Origin: Minisyncoccota bacterium
Lineage (GTDB): Bacteria; Patescibacteriota; Minisyncoccia; Phycocordibacterales; CSBR16-193
Direction of reading: 5' to 3'
Length of the DNA stretch: 55,968 bases
Assembly (NCBI GenBank): GCA_040880645.1
Contig: JBBDHZ010000292.1
Location: 1 to 55,968, forward strand
Shown here: positions 18,755 to 29,174 of the stretch, piece by piece
Layout: the number at the start of each line of letters is the position of its first letter
How positions within the stretch are numbered: the first letter of the stretch is position 1
Position numbers and translations under genes: made by a program
The notes under the pieces: model-generated
Seen by the model: only the letters and a program-made list of their open reading frames with translations
What the model was told of the DNA's origin: nothing
Database searches by the model: none

Positions 18755-20152
18755 CTACGACATTAACGCCCGGATCTGACTGAGCTCCTGGTGCAGCGCG
18801 GTGTCGGTCTTCAGCTCCTCGCGTATCTTCTCGCAGGAATGAATGACGGTTGTGTGATCACGTCCGCCCAGCTTCTGACCGATCGACGGATACGACGAGC
18901 TGAAATCCTCGCGCATAATATACATAATGAGCTGGCGCGGCTTGATCACCTCCTTGCGGCGGGTCTTTTGGTAGATCGCCTGCTCGTCGATATTGTAGAA
19001 GTTAGCGATCGTCTTGATAACCTCCTCGGCCGACATTGTTTTCTTCGGCTTCTCGCTGCTTTTGATCACCTGCTTAACCTCACTCACATTCAACGGGCGC
19101 CCCTTAAGTTCCTGCTGACACAGCACCGAGTTGATAATACCTTCCAGATCACGAACATTCCCCTCAACCGAAAAGGCAATGTGCTCAACCACGTCCGGAT
19201 CAAGCTCAACGTTGTTCATCTTAGCTTTCTCCCGCAGAATAGCGGCGCGCGACTCTTTATCCGGCGCCGGAATATCGACGATCATTCCGGCACTAAAACG
19301 CGACTTAAGCCGGTCCTCAAGGCCGGGGATGTAGTTCGGATGCTTATCGGACGAGAAGATGATCTGTTTGTTGTTATCGTAGAGCGTGTTGAACAAATGG
19401 AACAGCTCCTCTTGTGTTTTCTCTTTGCTCGACAGGAACTGGATGTCGTCCATTATCAAAATATCGTACTTGCGGTACTTTTCCTTAAACGGGGTCACCT
19501 TATTTGCCTGAATCGCGTTAATGTAGTCGATCGCGAATCGCTCTGAGGTCACGTAAAAGATCTTTCGGTTCGCCCCTTCTTCGTTTTTAAGCGCGTTACC
19601 GATCGCTTGAATCAGGTGCGTTTTGCCGTGCCCGGTATCGCCGTACACAAACAGCGGGTTGTATATACGACCGGGCTGCTTCACGATAGCCTGCGACGCC
19701 GCGTAGGCGAGCTCGTTGAACGGACCGACGATGAAGGAGTCAAACCCGTAGCGCGGATTCAGATTGTCTTCTTTGTTGATGTAATGCTCCTCGAGCGGCA
19801 GCTCTCCGCCGCCGGTTCCACCGGTTGTGTGAGACGCGGCGAAGCGATCGGTTACAGCGCCTCCGGTCTGTGACTGCGCCGTTCTGCTTTTCGGTTGGTT
19901 CTTGGTGATGACGTACTCGAGCGAGCGAATATCGGGCGAGAGGGTGCGGAGAATGCGGAGGATGAAGTTGTGGTACTTATGTGAGAGCCACTCTTTCACG
20001 AATGTGTTCGGTGTTGCCAGATAGATAACCCCTTCTTCTTGTTTAAGAATGTACGTGTCCTTGAACCAGGTGTTAAAGTTCGCCTTCGAGACGCTCAACT
20101 CGATCTCAACTAAGACACTACTCCACAGTTTTTTATTGTCCACAATTTCCAT
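18755..20152 (-). CDS. dnaA: Chromosomal replication initiator DnaA
   Basis: YNPLFVYGDTGHGKTHL, DDIQFL, QEELFHLFN and GGRDHTTVIHS. Confidence 0.98.
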   Translation of the reverse strand: MEIVDNKKLWSSVLVEIELSVSKANFNTWFKDTYILKQEEGVIYLATPNTFVKEWLSHKYHNFILRILRTLSPDIRSLEYVITKNQPKSRTAQSQTGGAVTDRFAASHTTGGTGGGELPLEEHYINKEDNLNPRYGFDSFIVGPFNELAYAASQAIVKQPGRIYNPLFVYGDTGHGKTHLIQAIGNALKNEEGANRKIFYVTSERFAIDYINAIQANKVTPFKEKYRKYDILIMDDIQFLSSKEKTQEELFHLFNTLYDNNKQIIFSSDKHPNYIPGLEDRLKSRFSAGMIVDIPAPDKESRAAILREKAKMNNVELDPDVVEHIAFSVEGNVRDLEGIINSVLCQQELKGRPLNVSEVKQVIKSSEKPKKTMSAEEVIKTIANFYNIDEQAIYQKTRRKEVIKPRQLIMYIMREDFSSSYPSIGQKLGGRDHTTVIHSCEKIREELKTDTALHQELSQIRALMS

Positions 20153-20253
20153 ACGCCATTAGTGTATCACATTCAAGAAGTGCTAGTAAGAAAATCACCT
20201 CGCGTGCGTTGCTGGTCATTATAGACGGTTTGTCTTTTTTCCGGCGATGCTTT

Positions 20254-20274
20254 TTGTGCACAGCCTGTGCACAA
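20254..20274. promoter_or_regulatory. Inverted pair of degenerate DnaA boxes in the dnaA-rpmH intergenic region
   Basis: TTGTGCACA-GCC-TGTGCACAA, each one mismatch from TT(A/T)TNCACA. Confidence 0.55.
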
Positions 20275-20353
20275 GATGTGTATTGGTTGTATCCCGTCAC
20301 GCCCCCGCCGCGGCCTCTTGAGCCGTTTCCCCATCTGTGATATAACAATGCAT

Positions 20354-20494
20354 ATGCAACAAGGACTAACGTACAACCCAAAGCGAAAGAAACGGGCCCG
20401 CGTGCACGGTTTTCGAAAACGTTCCCGCACAGCTGACGGCCGCGCGATCCTGCGCCGTCGACGCCGGAAGGGACGGACCAAACTTACCGTGTAA
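20354..20494 (+). CDS. rpmH: 50S ribosomal protein L34
   Basis: [18 protein letters not shown]...[13 protein letters not shown]. Confidence 0.96.
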   Translation: MQQGLTYNPKRKKRARVHGFRKRSRTADGRAILRRRRRKGRTKLTV

Positions 20495-20515
20495 TGTTCG
20501 GTGATCAGTAGTGCT

Positions 20516-20863
20516 ATGCTTTCTCGAGACCGACGACTCTCCAGCGGAATGCTTCAAGAGATGCACCAAAGCGATGACGTGAGGGTAACTCGCTCATCGT
20601 TTTTTGTTGTCCGCCGTGCCGGCGCCGAGTCCGCACCGACCCGGTTTGCCGTAATCGTCTCGGCCAAGATCGCCAAAACCGCGGTAGAACGCAACCGGAT
20701 CAAACGACGGGTCCACGGCGTCCTCGAAGACCTGCTGCCCCGTATTGCCGACGGCTCCCGCGTGGCCCTGTACGCCAAGGCCGCGGTCCGGGACACCGCG
20801 CACGCCGCGATCCGGGACGATCTCGAGACCGCGCTCAGCAACACAGGTGTTTTGCACACCTAA
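20516..20863 (+). CDS. rnpA: Ribonuclease P protein component
   Basis: RFAVIVSAKIAKTAVERNRIKRR; follows rpmH. Confidence 0.93.
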   Translation: MLSRDRRLSSGMLQEMHQSDDVRVTRSSFFVVRRAGAESAPTRFAVIVSAKIAKTAVERNRIKRRVHGVLEDLLPRIADGSRVALYAKAAVRDTAHAAIRDDLETALSNTGVLHT

Positions 20864-20991
20864 CCGAGTCGGGTGAGGGCGCACCCGGACCCGCGCGCGA
20901 CTCCCGCTTCCTTTCGAACCGCGAGGGTCCCGCATCGCCTGTCCGAGCACGGCAATTGAAAAACGCGACCGGATACGCTACAGTTGAGAGT

Positions 20992-21957
20992 ATGTTCATC
21001 GTCGATACCTTCAATTTCATTATCTACGAGCCGCTCTACAACGGCCTCGTTTTTGTTATGTGGCTCCTGCCGTGGAGCGACGCCGGGCTGGCCGTGATCA
21101 TCTTCACGGTGATTGTGCGCCTCCTTCTCTTCCCGCTCTCGCGCAAGGCGGTTCAGACCCAGATGAAGATGCGCGCTCACGAGGACGAGCTTAAGCAGAT
21201 CAAGGAAGACAACAAAGACGACCGTCAGGCGCAGGCCCAGAAAATGATGGCGTTCTATAAGGAGAAGGGGATCAACCCGTTCTCGAGCTTTCTCCTGATC
21301 CTGATCCAGCTGCCGATCATTATTGCCCTGTATCACATCTTCCTGAACGCCGGCTTGCCCGACATCGACCGGTCCCTGCTCTACTTCTTTGTCCACGCAC
21401 CGGAGACGATCACCGTCGAGCTCTTCGGACTCTCGTTCCTCTCGATCTCCGGGAAAAGTCTGGTCCTGGCCGTGACCGCCTCGGTGACGAGCTTCTTCCA
21501 GATCCGGTACTCACTGCCGCCGCTCAAGCCGAAGACCGGCGACAAGCCCAATCTCAAGGAGGATCTGGCCCGCAGTATGAATATGCAGATGCGCTATGTC
21601 TTTCCGGTGATCGTGTTCTTTATCGCCTGGAGCATCTCCGGTGCGATCGCCCTGTACTGGACAACCTCCAATCTCTTCACGCTCGGCCAGGAGCTTGTGG
21701 TTCGCCGAGAGATGCGGCGCAAGACCGCCGCCGAGGTCGCCCAAAAAGAATCAGAGAGCGAGTCCGAGAAAGAAGCTGCGGGTGTGTCTACGAGCGAACC
21801 GGCGGGCGATCCGACCGATGACTCGGCAGACGAGCCGGCGGCAGCCCCGGACACAACCAATGCTTCAAAAACCTCAGGCGACCCCTCCCCCGCCGAGGCC
21901 GCTCCCGCCCTGAATACACGCAAGAAAAAGAAACGCCGAAGAAAAAAGAACCGATAG
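20992..21957 (+). CDS. yidC: Membrane protein insertase YidC/Oxa1
   Basis: II.FT.IVRLLLFPL, YKEKGINP, LIQLPI and LYW.TSN.F...Q. Confidence 0.95.
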   Translation: MFIVDTFNFIIYEPLYNGLVFVMWLLPWSDAGLAVIIFTVIVRLLLFPLSRKAVQTQMKMRAHEDELKQIKEDNKDDRQAQAQKMMAFYKEKGINPFSSFLLILIQLPIIIALYHIFLNAGLPDIDRSLLYFFVHAPETITVELFGLSFLSISGKSLVLAVTASVTSFFQIRYSLPPLKPKTGDKPNLKEDLARSMNMQMRYVFPVIVFFIAWSISGAIALYWTTSNLFTLGQELVVRREMRRKTAAEVAQKESESESEKEAAGVSTSEPAGDPTDDSADEPAAAPDTTNASKTSGDPSPAEAAPALNTRKKKKRRRKKNR

Positions 21958-21974
21958 CCCTAACTCTCTCTTTG

Positions 21975-22442
21975 ATGAACGAGAACACCCTCCAGAACAT
22001 ACAGGCAGTCGTCGAGGAGCTTTTGCGGACGCTCGGTGTATCGTGGAGCGAGATAACCGTACACACCGAGGGTTCACGCCCGGTTATTATGATCACGAGC
22101 GACAATGCCCAGCCGCTGATCGGTACCGACGGCAGCCACCTCCAGGCTCTGAGCACTCTGGCGCATCAGATCGTACGCAAAACCCACGGACCGGAAGCGG
22201 CGATCTTCTCGATCGACGTCAACCGTTACCGCGAGCAGGCCCGCGAAGGATTAATCCGGAAAGCAGTGACGTACGCTAAGCGGGCGCGCTCCTTTAAAAG
22301 CTCAGTGGCACTGGAGCCGATGAGCTCCTACGAGCGATTTGTTGTTCACGAAGTGATCGGCGAGATGTCGGATATGGCGACTCGCTCTGAAGGAACCGGC
22401 AGCGAGCGGCACGTGGTCATCGTATACACCGGCGCACATTAA
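21975..22442 (+). CDS. jag: Jag/EloR-like KH-R3H RNA-binding protein
   Basis: LIG.DG..LQAL, IDVN.YR and LEPMSSYERFVVH; follows yidC. Confidence 0.85.
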   Translation: MNENTLQNIQAVVEELLRTLGVSWSEITVHTEGSRPVIMITSDNAQPLIGTDGSHLQALSTLAHQIVRKTHGPEAAIFSIDVNRYREQAREGLIRKAVTYAKRARSFKSSVALEPMSSYERFVVHEVIGEMSDMATRSEGTGSERHVVIVYTGAH

Positions 22443-22470
22443 AACCCCCGGCACTGCTGCCGGGGGTTTT
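22441..22470. terminator. Bidirectional intrinsic terminator
   Basis: AAAACCCCCGGCA-CTGC-TGCCGGGGGTTTT between convergent genes. Confidence 0.85.
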
Positions 22471-22485
22471 AGTTGTCTTGACGCC

Positions 22486-23778
22486 CTAGTTTGACGTACC
22501 GTCGAGGCGATAGCTCCAGAGGAACCCGTCGTTTTTGTTCGTGAAAAAGAGGTACTCCTCGTTGGGTCCGAGGAAGAGATCCACGGCGTCGATATCTTCC
22601 CGGGCACGGGCCGAGAGGTCGATCAACGGTGTGGTCTGACTGTCGGCAAGATCGAGCCGAACCAGCGCATCGGCAAAGTGAACCCGTCCCTGATACCAGT
22701 CGTCCGGATACGTCCCGGCGGGAATACTGCTCGGTACGGCGCAGTACGCAACCGCCGGAGCGGCACTGCTCCAGACACACTTCTCGGGGAGCGTCGTTGA
22801 TCCGAGGACACGCTGACTGCCGTCTTCGAGCGAACGATGGCGGAGTCGGAACCGGTTGGCGGTGCTTTCGCTGTAGAGAAACCGTGTTTCGTCCGGAGAA
22901 AGCAAGGCGGTGAGGCCGGGGATGTCCCCGAGAAGGCGCCGGAAGGTGCTGCCGGTTGTATCCAGCGTGTACAGATAACCGTTCACGCCGTGGCCGGGCT
23001 TGGTCGTCAGAGTGAGGGTGCCTTCGCTCGGCCAGTCAAGCTGCCACTCGGTGATCGGGTGAGTGAAGATCTGTCCGCGATCGCCCGACGAGCTGAGGAT
23101 CGAGAGGGCCGATCCGCCGTCGCGGAGCAGTTCGATCATCGCGAAGCGCTCACTCCCAGGAGCAGGTGCCACCTGATCGATCTGCTCCGGATAGTAATAT
23201 ACGTCAGCGGTACCGTTCGCCCCATCCGCGGCGTTTTCCTCGTTAACTACTAATAATTGCGTTACAGGCTGAAACGAATTTTGGATCTGCTGAATCAGCG
23301 CGCTGTTCTCGGTCAACCATTCTGCCCGGTATATTTGGGAGAGTGTTTCGCTGGAGATAAGGGTGAGCCCGCCCCGGCGTATACTTGCCTGCAGCACGTG
23401 ACCCTTGGCCCGATCAACGAAACGCACCGTGACGTCGCTTGAGGTACCTGCCCCTTCGGCAAACACCGTCGCCCCGGCGATCGGTGCCTCGGAGATCCGG
23501 CGGAGGGCCGGTAGAGTCTGCTGTTCAGCGTCACCCGCTGCGCCACTCGAGTCCGTTGCCGATCGGCCCTCCTCACCTTCTCCTTGGCCGAAAGCTCCGC
23601 TCGTCTGCGATCCGCCCTCGCTCGGCTGTTCCCCGGCGATCGGGAAGTAGTCCCGCACAGTCGTCACCTCGCCGGTTTCCGGATTCACCTCACCGATCGG
23701 CAGGTAGAAATACAACGCGATACCAAGCAGTGTCAGAGTGAGGAGCACTATACTGGTGATAAGAATACTTTTTTTCAT
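22486..23778 (-). CDS. Membrane-anchored protein, probable beta-propeller
   Basis: N-terminal TM, flexible linker, TolB-like strands (LSPDETRFLYS, PEKCVW, YCAVP, LFFTNK). Confidence 0.75.
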   Translation of the reverse strand: MKKSILITSIVLLTLTLLGIALYFYLPIGEVNPETGEVTTVRDYFPIAGEQPSEGGSQTSGAFGQGEGEEGRSATDSSGAAGDAEQQTLPALRRISEAPIAGATVFAEGAGTSSDVTVRFVDRAKGHVLQASIRRGGLTLISSETLSQIYRAEWLTENSALIQQIQNSFQPVTQLLVVNEENAADGANGTADVYYYPEQIDQVAPAPGSERFAMIELLRDGGSALSILSSSGDRGQIFTHPITEWQLDWPSEGTLTLTTKPGHGVNGYLYTLDTTGSTFRRLLGDIPGLTALLSPDETRFLYSESTANRFRLRHRSLEDGSQRVLGSTTLPEKCVWSSAAPAVAYCAVPSSIPAGTYPDDWYQGRVHFADALVRLDLADSQTTPLIDLSARAREDIDAVDLFLGPNEEYLFFTNKNDGFLWSYRLDGTSN

Positions 23779-23799
23779 AGGGAGACCGCTCTACTGGTT

Positions 23800-24792
23800 T
23801 TAGTCATAATCCCAGCAAATAGAGTCATTGTTTACGTTGGTTTCATTGTATCTGTTTTCCATTTGCTCGTGAATATCGTCACGGTGTCCATATTCGTACC
23901 TCTCACACTCCTCGATAGTGTTGTAAGGGCCGTACACATATGTTGTACTGCCCCCAAAAAAAGACCCTGGCTGATGTATTCTACGATAGATCTTGGGGCC
24001 AAGCGCAGGCTCAAAAGCACCATCGTATCTAGTGAGGCTTTTAGGGCCATCAGGGTCGTGCACTTGAGGTTCAAAAATTTCGATTGTTTCGTTGAACTCA
24101 AACTCCTGACCGCTGTTATCTTCTATTTTGATGGTGAAGGTAAACTCTCCTACCTCGGTCGGAGTACCGATAAGGCGTACTCCGGTGCTTGTTGATTCAA
24201 ACGAAAGTCCCGGAGGGATTTCCCCATCGGCGATCTCCGCGTCATACTCAGACACCGGATGCGAAAACACAACACCGGGAGACAGATCGTTTCGGTACTC
24301 TTCTCCCCGAAAGGCATCGTTGAAGACAACCTCTTCGATCTGAATCTCTGAAGGATCCTGCGAGTACGCCCCGGGTTGCGTGTTCTCCAGGAATCCAAGC
24401 CCGAGGATGTCCGGGTTGATCGTGTAGATAATAAGCCAGGCGGCGGAGATCAGCAACAACCCCATTACCGCACCTTTGATGCGCTCTTTCGCCGCCGTTA
24501 CCTTGCCCGGGTTGTCGCCGGCGGTCATATACTGCAGACCGCCGATCGTGATCAGCAGCACCGCCAGCACGGTCGAGAGGCTGACGATGAGCACAAAGAT
24601 GTCTTTGACGTACGACTCGATCGTCACATCACTTCCCTCCGCGACGCCGGGAATCGGAGCGAGCGGAACGTAGTCCTGGGCAGCGACGGTGAGCGGAAAC
24701 ACCAAACCGGACCCGAGCACAAACAGCAGTATAACCACCGAGATCGAGATAGAGAAACTAAAGATGAGTGATTTTCGCATACGGAGAAACAT
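23800..24792 (-). CDS. VirB2/TrbC-like pilin fused to an Ig-like domain
   Basis: Signal peptide, then LAVLLITIGGLQYMTAGDNPGKV..AKERI..AVMGLLL...WLI...INPD; IPPGLSF...LIGTPTEVGEFTFTI (He_PIG-like Ig). Confidence 0.75.
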   Translation of the reverse strand: MFLRMRKSLIFSFSISISVVILLFVLGSGLVFPLTVAAQDYVPLAPIPGVAEGSDVTIESYVKDIFVLIVSLSTVLAVLLITIGGLQYMTAGDNPGKVTAAKERIKGAVMGLLLISAAWLIIYTINPDILGLGFLENTQPGAYSQDPSEIQIEEVVFNDAFRGEEYRNDLSPGVVFSHPVSEYDAEIADGEIPPGLSFESTSTGVRLIGTPTEVGEFTFTIKIEDNSGQEFEFNETIEIFEPQVHDPDGPKSLTRYDGAFEPALGPKIYRRIHQPGSFFGGSTTYVYGPYNTIEECERYEYGHRDDIHEQMENRYNETNVNNDSICWDYD

Positions 24793-25802
24793 TAAAAAAC
24801 AATCCCGCCGCTCGTATCCTCCGAGAGCTCAAGCTGAGTCTCGGCTCGGGCGTTCTGGAACAGAGCGGTATACACGGCGCTGACCGATACATCCGCCCGG
24901 CCGGCCGCCTCGTTCTCCGGCGTCCCGACCTGAAGGGTGTGTCGGCCCGAGGCATCCGCCACCACCTGGCCGTTCACCTGCCACACGTACCGGAGCGATG
25001 AACTGGTCGGTTCGGTCACTCCGAAGAAATACGGCACGGCAACAAGACCGGTCTCCCGGGTCGAGAGCGATTCGGCACCGATGAGTGCGTTGTGCCACTC
25101 GATCCCGTACAGCGGATTCATATGATACAGCAGCACCTGCGGCGCGCTGCGCGAGAGCGTAAGGCTGTTGCTGGCACCGGCGTACCCGTCCGGACTGGTA
25201 ACCGTGACCGAAACCGATTTATCCCGAGAACTGTCGGTGGCGGGGATCGAGAGGGTCTGCCGGCCGATGCCGGACGCGGACGACAGACGTGACCCGCCGC
25301 GCGACCACTGGTACATAAGCTCGCTGGCCCGGTACGGCCGCCCCTGCGCATCGGTCAGATGCGGCACCGCCACGATGCTCCCGCCCACCCGGGGAGCGAG
25401 CAGAGCGCGTCCGCGGTACAGCGGCGGGGTGTACCCTCGCGCCTGCGCCACCAGATCAAGATACCCGGCCGTCACATCGGTTGTGGCCTGAAAAATACCG
25501 CTCGGTGTCGCCACGCTGGCTCGGACCCGGTACCGGCCCGGCTCCCGGGGGGTAAGGGTAAATCGTGAATGCCCGATCTCAGAAAGACGCTCTTCGCCGT
25601 TGACCGACCACGTAACGCGCGCGCTGGGAATATCGAGATCGTAGGTCACGATCTCGATCGTTGCGGATTTACCGACGGCAATGTGTGCCGGCCGGGCGCG
25701 CAAGACCAAGTCGCTGGCCTGAGCCTGGACAAGAAGCGTCCCGCCACAAAAGAAAGCGAGTGACGCGAGCGATACGACAGTGAGTGAGAAACGGGCAGAC
25801 AT
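24792..25802 (-). CDS. Secreted beta-rich (Ig-like) hypothetical protein
   Basis: Signal peptide, repeated W.VNG / Y.W strands, YTPPLYRGRAL and VAVPYFF. Confidence 0.75.
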   Translation of the reverse strand: MSARFSLTVVSLASLAFFCGGTLLVQAQASDLVLRARPAHIAVGKSATIEIVTYDLDIPSARVTWSVNGEERLSEIGHSRFTLTPREPGRYRVRASVATPSGIFQATTDVTAGYLDLVAQARGYTPPLYRGRALLAPRVGGSIVAVPHLTDAQGRPYRASELMYQWSRGGSRLSSASGIGRQTLSIPATDSSRDKSVSVTVTSPDGYAGASNSLTLSRSAPQVLLYHMNPLYGIEWHNALIGAESLSTRETGLVAVPYFFGVTEPTSSSLRYVWQVNGQVVADASGRHTLQVGTPENEAAGRADVSVSAVYTALFQNARAETQLELSEDTSGGIVF

Positions 25803-25837
25803 ATCGTTTGGTGTATTCTAGCACGGCGCAACCATCG

Positions 25838-26530
25838 TTAATCCCCAGATACCGCCGAGGCAGCCTTTCGGCGGGCCGCTCGTTTAATGTTCCCCCGCAG
25901 GCTTGCCTTGTGGGTGATCGAACGTATCAGATCGTTGTTTTCAAACACGCGCGTGAGGATCACGTTTATCGTGGCGGTGGGGAGTGCGGCCAAAAGCGGT
26001 ATATAGGCAAAGACAGCGGTCGCGATCCACATCACCAGCTTGCGGGTGGTCGGCACAACGCCGCTGAAGAAGTAATACGGGACGATCACAACCGTCAGTA
26101 TCACCGCCATCACCGGACTCAAGAGAGAAGAAACGACCGCAAGCGTGACCAAGATATCGGCGATATCTTTGAGGATCGCCAGCAGGAGTACCGACCAGAA
26201 TTTCCAGCCGGTGAGCTTCTTTTTAGACTTAGTGTTCGTCTGTGTCGCGGCCTTTTGCCCGGCTCGGCGAAGCCGCTGTATACGGCGGGTCTTTGCCCTC
26301 GCCCGGGTCAGGCCACGGCGGGTCGGGATGGTAACCGGTCGCGCAAAACCTCTCGATTCGGTTGAACGAGATTCCGCGGCGCGCGACTCCGGGTCGGGTT
26401 TCTTTGCTTTCCTTGAAGCGCCGGTTTCGTCGGCCTCGTTGCTCAGGCGAGGCCCCACGCCACCCGGCGCCACCGGGGCCGGTCCGGCTTTACCACGAGT
26501 GTCTCTGCTGTACGGGCGATCCTCGGCCAT
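25838..26530 (-). CDS. Hypothetical membrane protein of the secretion cluster
   Basis: Basic disordered N-terminus followed by several TM helices; abuts virB4. Confidence 0.7.
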   Translation of the reverse strand: MAEDRPYSRDTRGKAGPAPVAPGGVGPRLSNEADETGASRKAKKPDPESRAAESRSTESRGFARPVTIPTRRGLTRARAKTRRIQRLRRAGQKAATQTNTKSKKKLTGWKFWSVLLLAILKDIADILVTLAVVSSLLSPVMAVILTVVIVPYYFFSGVVPTTRKLVMWIATAVFAYIPLLAALPTATINVILTRVFENNDLIRSITHKASLRGNIKRAARRKAASAVSGD

Positions 26531-26531
26531 A

Positions 26532-28373
26532 CTAATTTATAGGTTCTTGTTCTTTGTTTGCCTCCTGATCATTAAACTCTTCTTTCGATTTCTTGATCGC
26601 CATCACCTCAGACGGATCCGAGGTGATGATCTGGTCCTCGGTGTAGCTGGCGATGACTTTGATTGCCACGTGTTTTAGGCCGGCAAAGAAGATGCCTTCC
26701 CCGACATCGGACTCCATTAGCAGGTATTTTTCTTCTTCGGTTAAATGAAAGATCTCTTGGAGTTTTTCCGCCCCGGACGGAGACTGTTTCATCAAAAACT
26801 GCATCGACGAGTTGGTGATGATCGGCAGGCCGTACGGTGATTTCAGGAAGTCGCCGACGTCCTGGGTGATCGTCGAAAGGCCGAGGTAGTACTTTCGTCC
26901 ACGCTTCGCCAGCCCCAACAGGAAGGACGCGGTGTCTTCTGATTTCATCATCCACCACGCCTCGTCGATGACCAGCAGACGTTTCTGGAGCCGGCGGCGG
27001 ATCGCGTTCCAGATATGGTGGGTCACGATATACATCGCGACCGACTTCAGCTCATCCTCCATATCTCTCAGCGAGAACACGACGAACTTTTGTTCGATGT
27101 CGACGTTCGTCGGCTGGTTCAAGAACCCGGCCCAGGTTCCTTCGGTGTACTTGGAGAGGCGCTGGGAGAGCGATTCCGCGCCCTGCATACCCGACAACAC
27201 CGTCTCGAAGTCCGACAGCAGCGGCGCCTCGACCTTGGTCAGATCGGCGTCCGGCGTAATGTCCTTCAGGGCGTACGTTTCCGTGATCGCCTTGTCGATA
27301 ATGGCGTCTTCTTCCGGGGTCAGACCACCCATCATAATACGGAACAGCCCGACCAAGTGAATAATGTTCGAGCGCAGGATGTTCGCGGTTGATTCGCCTT
27401 CGGTCGGCATCGGCAGGTCAAACGGATTAATGTGGTGCTGGGAAGTAAGCGAGATGTTAAAGTACCGCCCACCGACCGCCTCGGCCAGGTACTCGTACTC
27501 GCGCTCCGGGTCGAGCACGATCACCTCGGTGTCGAACATCAGCGACCGCAGGATCTCGAGTTTCGTCCCGTACGACTTTCCGGAACCCGATTTCGCCAGA
27601 GTCACCGAGTTATAGTTCTCAAGACTGTACCGGTCAAACAGGACCAAGCTCGAGTTGTGCCGGTTCACCCCGAAGAGAATACCGGAATCCGACGTGAGGT
27701 CGAACGACACAAACGGGAACAAACTGGAGAGCGGGGTCGAGTTCAGTTTTGAGTGCACCTCGAGCTCATCAGTTTCGATCGGTATAACGCTCCGGAATCC
27801 TTCAGCCTGCTGGAACAGCGCCGGTTTCACGTAGATCAGTTTTGCCTCAAGAATTGAGTGGATCTCGGACTCGACCTTATCGAGCTCCTCTTTGTCGTCG
27901 CCGTAGATGCTGATGTACAGCCCGACATCAAACAAACGCTCCTGGGCCTGCTGGAGTTTATCGCGCAGGTTTTCCAGGTCCTGGTACGCCGTATCGAGCT
28001 GGGGATCACGCACCAACCCCTTGTCTTCCCGCTCGTGGATCTGGCTCTGCACCTCGGCGACTTTGTTCTGAAACTTCTTGAGGATCTGGCTGGTTTCGAT
28101 CGGGTGAATAAAGATCGAAATATCAAACACTTTATCCAGATCGATCACCGGGGAAAACCAGCTCTCGGTCAGGTACCGCGGGTACGAGATGACAAACAGC
28201 GTTCGAATCATCTTGTCGCCGAGATGAAGTTCTTTCGGGGTTATCTTAAGCGCGCTCGGGGCGATGATGTCCTCGAGCTCGAGTGATTCCGCATCCATTA
28301 ACTGATGGGGGAGGATGAGATCTTCATCACGCACCGTGCTTTTTTTTGATTTTCCGAATCCAAGGATACTCAT
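26532..28373 (-). CDS. VirB4-like type IV secretion ATPase
   Basis: Walker A AKSGSGKS, LDPEREY, INPFDL, Walker B LLVIDEAW, RGRKY and ITQDV.DF. Confidence 0.92.
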   Translation of the reverse strand: MSILGFGKSKKSTVRDEDLILPHQLMDAESLELEDIIAPSALKITPKELHLGDKMIRTLFVISYPRYLTESWFSPVIDLDKVFDISIFIHPIETSQILKKFQNKVAEVQSQIHEREDKGLVRDPQLDTAYQDLENLRDKLQQAQERLFDVGLYISIYGDDKEELDKVESEIHSILEAKLIYVKPALFQQAEGFRSVIPIETDELEVHSKLNSTPLSSLFPFVSFDLTSDSGILFGVNRHNSSLVLFDRYSLENYNSVTLAKSGSGKSYGTKLEILRSLMFDTEVIVLDPEREYEYLAEAVGGRYFNISLTSQHHINPFDLPMPTEGESTANILRSNIIHLVGLFRIMMGGLTPEEDAIIDKAITETYALKDITPDADLTKVEAPLLSDFETVLSGMQGAESLSQRLSKYTEGTWAGFLNQPTNVDIEQKFVVFSLRDMEDELKSVAMYIVTHHIWNAIRRRLQKRLLVIDEAWWMMKSEDTASFLLGLAKRGRKYYLGLSTITQDVGDFLKSPYGLPIITNSSMQFLMKQSPSGAEKLQEIFHLTEEEKYLLMESDVGEGIFFAGLKHVAIKVIASYTEDQIITSDPSEVMAIKKSKEEFNDQEANKEQEPIN

Positions 28374-28402
28374 AGATCTGTATTGATACAACCACGACCA
28401 CC

Positions 28403-29068
28403 CTACTTTTCCTCCTCCGCACCGGTGGTGGGCAAATCGGTCTCCCCGGGATTAAAGGTCTGGTAAAACAGCTCGGTTATTTCGTCCGTTCCGAGACGAG
28501 CGGCCCGAACGCCGGTGCGGATCAGTCCCTGCTCCACCACCGACACCCGTGCTTCCAGCTGGCTTCGTTGCTGCTCGAACGACTGTTTATCCGCTTCTTT
28601 CTTCTCTTCGCTTGTCCCCCCTTTGCCGATCAGGCTCTTGAGCCCGCCGAGGATACCACCGCCGGAAGAAGTGCTCACCGTCGGCGTGTACGGCACGACG
28701 ACGTAAAAGTGTTTCGACATTATATTCGTTTTTGCCGTGAAGGTTTTGATGAACTCGATATATTCCTTGGTCTGAATTTTGAGCAGATCGTTGACCTGCT
28801 CCTTCTGGCGCTCTTCGAGCCGCTGAATGTACGGCCGAATGTCGAGCTCGCGTGACTGAATACAGATCTGTGTTGAAAAATCAAGCGAATTAAGAAAGTT
28901 CTGGAATTGATACAGCGTTGATTCCTGCTCCTCCTTTGACTTCAAACCGAAGTTGACCGTTGAGGTCATCAGGATCGCCCGCAGGGAACCGTTCTTCAGG
29001 ATCGCAACGTCGTCGCGAATTTCCTTGATCGGAATGAATTTTTGTGACGGGGTGCTTCGTGTTGCCAT
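28403..29068 (-). CDS. T4SS-associated protein between PrgI and VirB4
   Basis: VNFGLKS.EEQ...FLNSL pattern, similar to N-terminal segments of monoderm conjugative VirB4 systems; cluster position. Confidence 0.7.
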   Translation of the reverse strand: MATRSTPSQKFIPIKEIRDDVAILKNGSLRAILMTSTVNFGLKSKEEQESTLYQFQNFLNSLDFSTQICIQSRELDIRPYIQRLEERQKEQVNDLLKIQTKEYIEFIKTFTAKTNIMSKHFYVVVPYTPTVSTSSGGGILGGLKSLIGKGGTSEEKKEADKQSFEQQRSQLEARVSVVEQGLIRTGVRAARLGTDEITELFYQTFNPGETDLPTTGAEEEK

Positions 29069-29174
29069 AGTAAATACTGTCTCTAGTGTAGCATATCGGC
29101 GCTGTCAACAACGGCGCGGTCCGGCGCTCTGCAGCCTGCTCCTTCTTGCTGAATGCTACCGCGCATCAAAAACC

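Noticed and set aside
20153-20353. oriC in the dnaA-rpmH or dnaA-dnaN gaps
   Set aside because: Only a few degenerate boxes, short gaps and no apparent skew change. These more likely serve dnaA autoregulation, although a contribution cannot be excluded.
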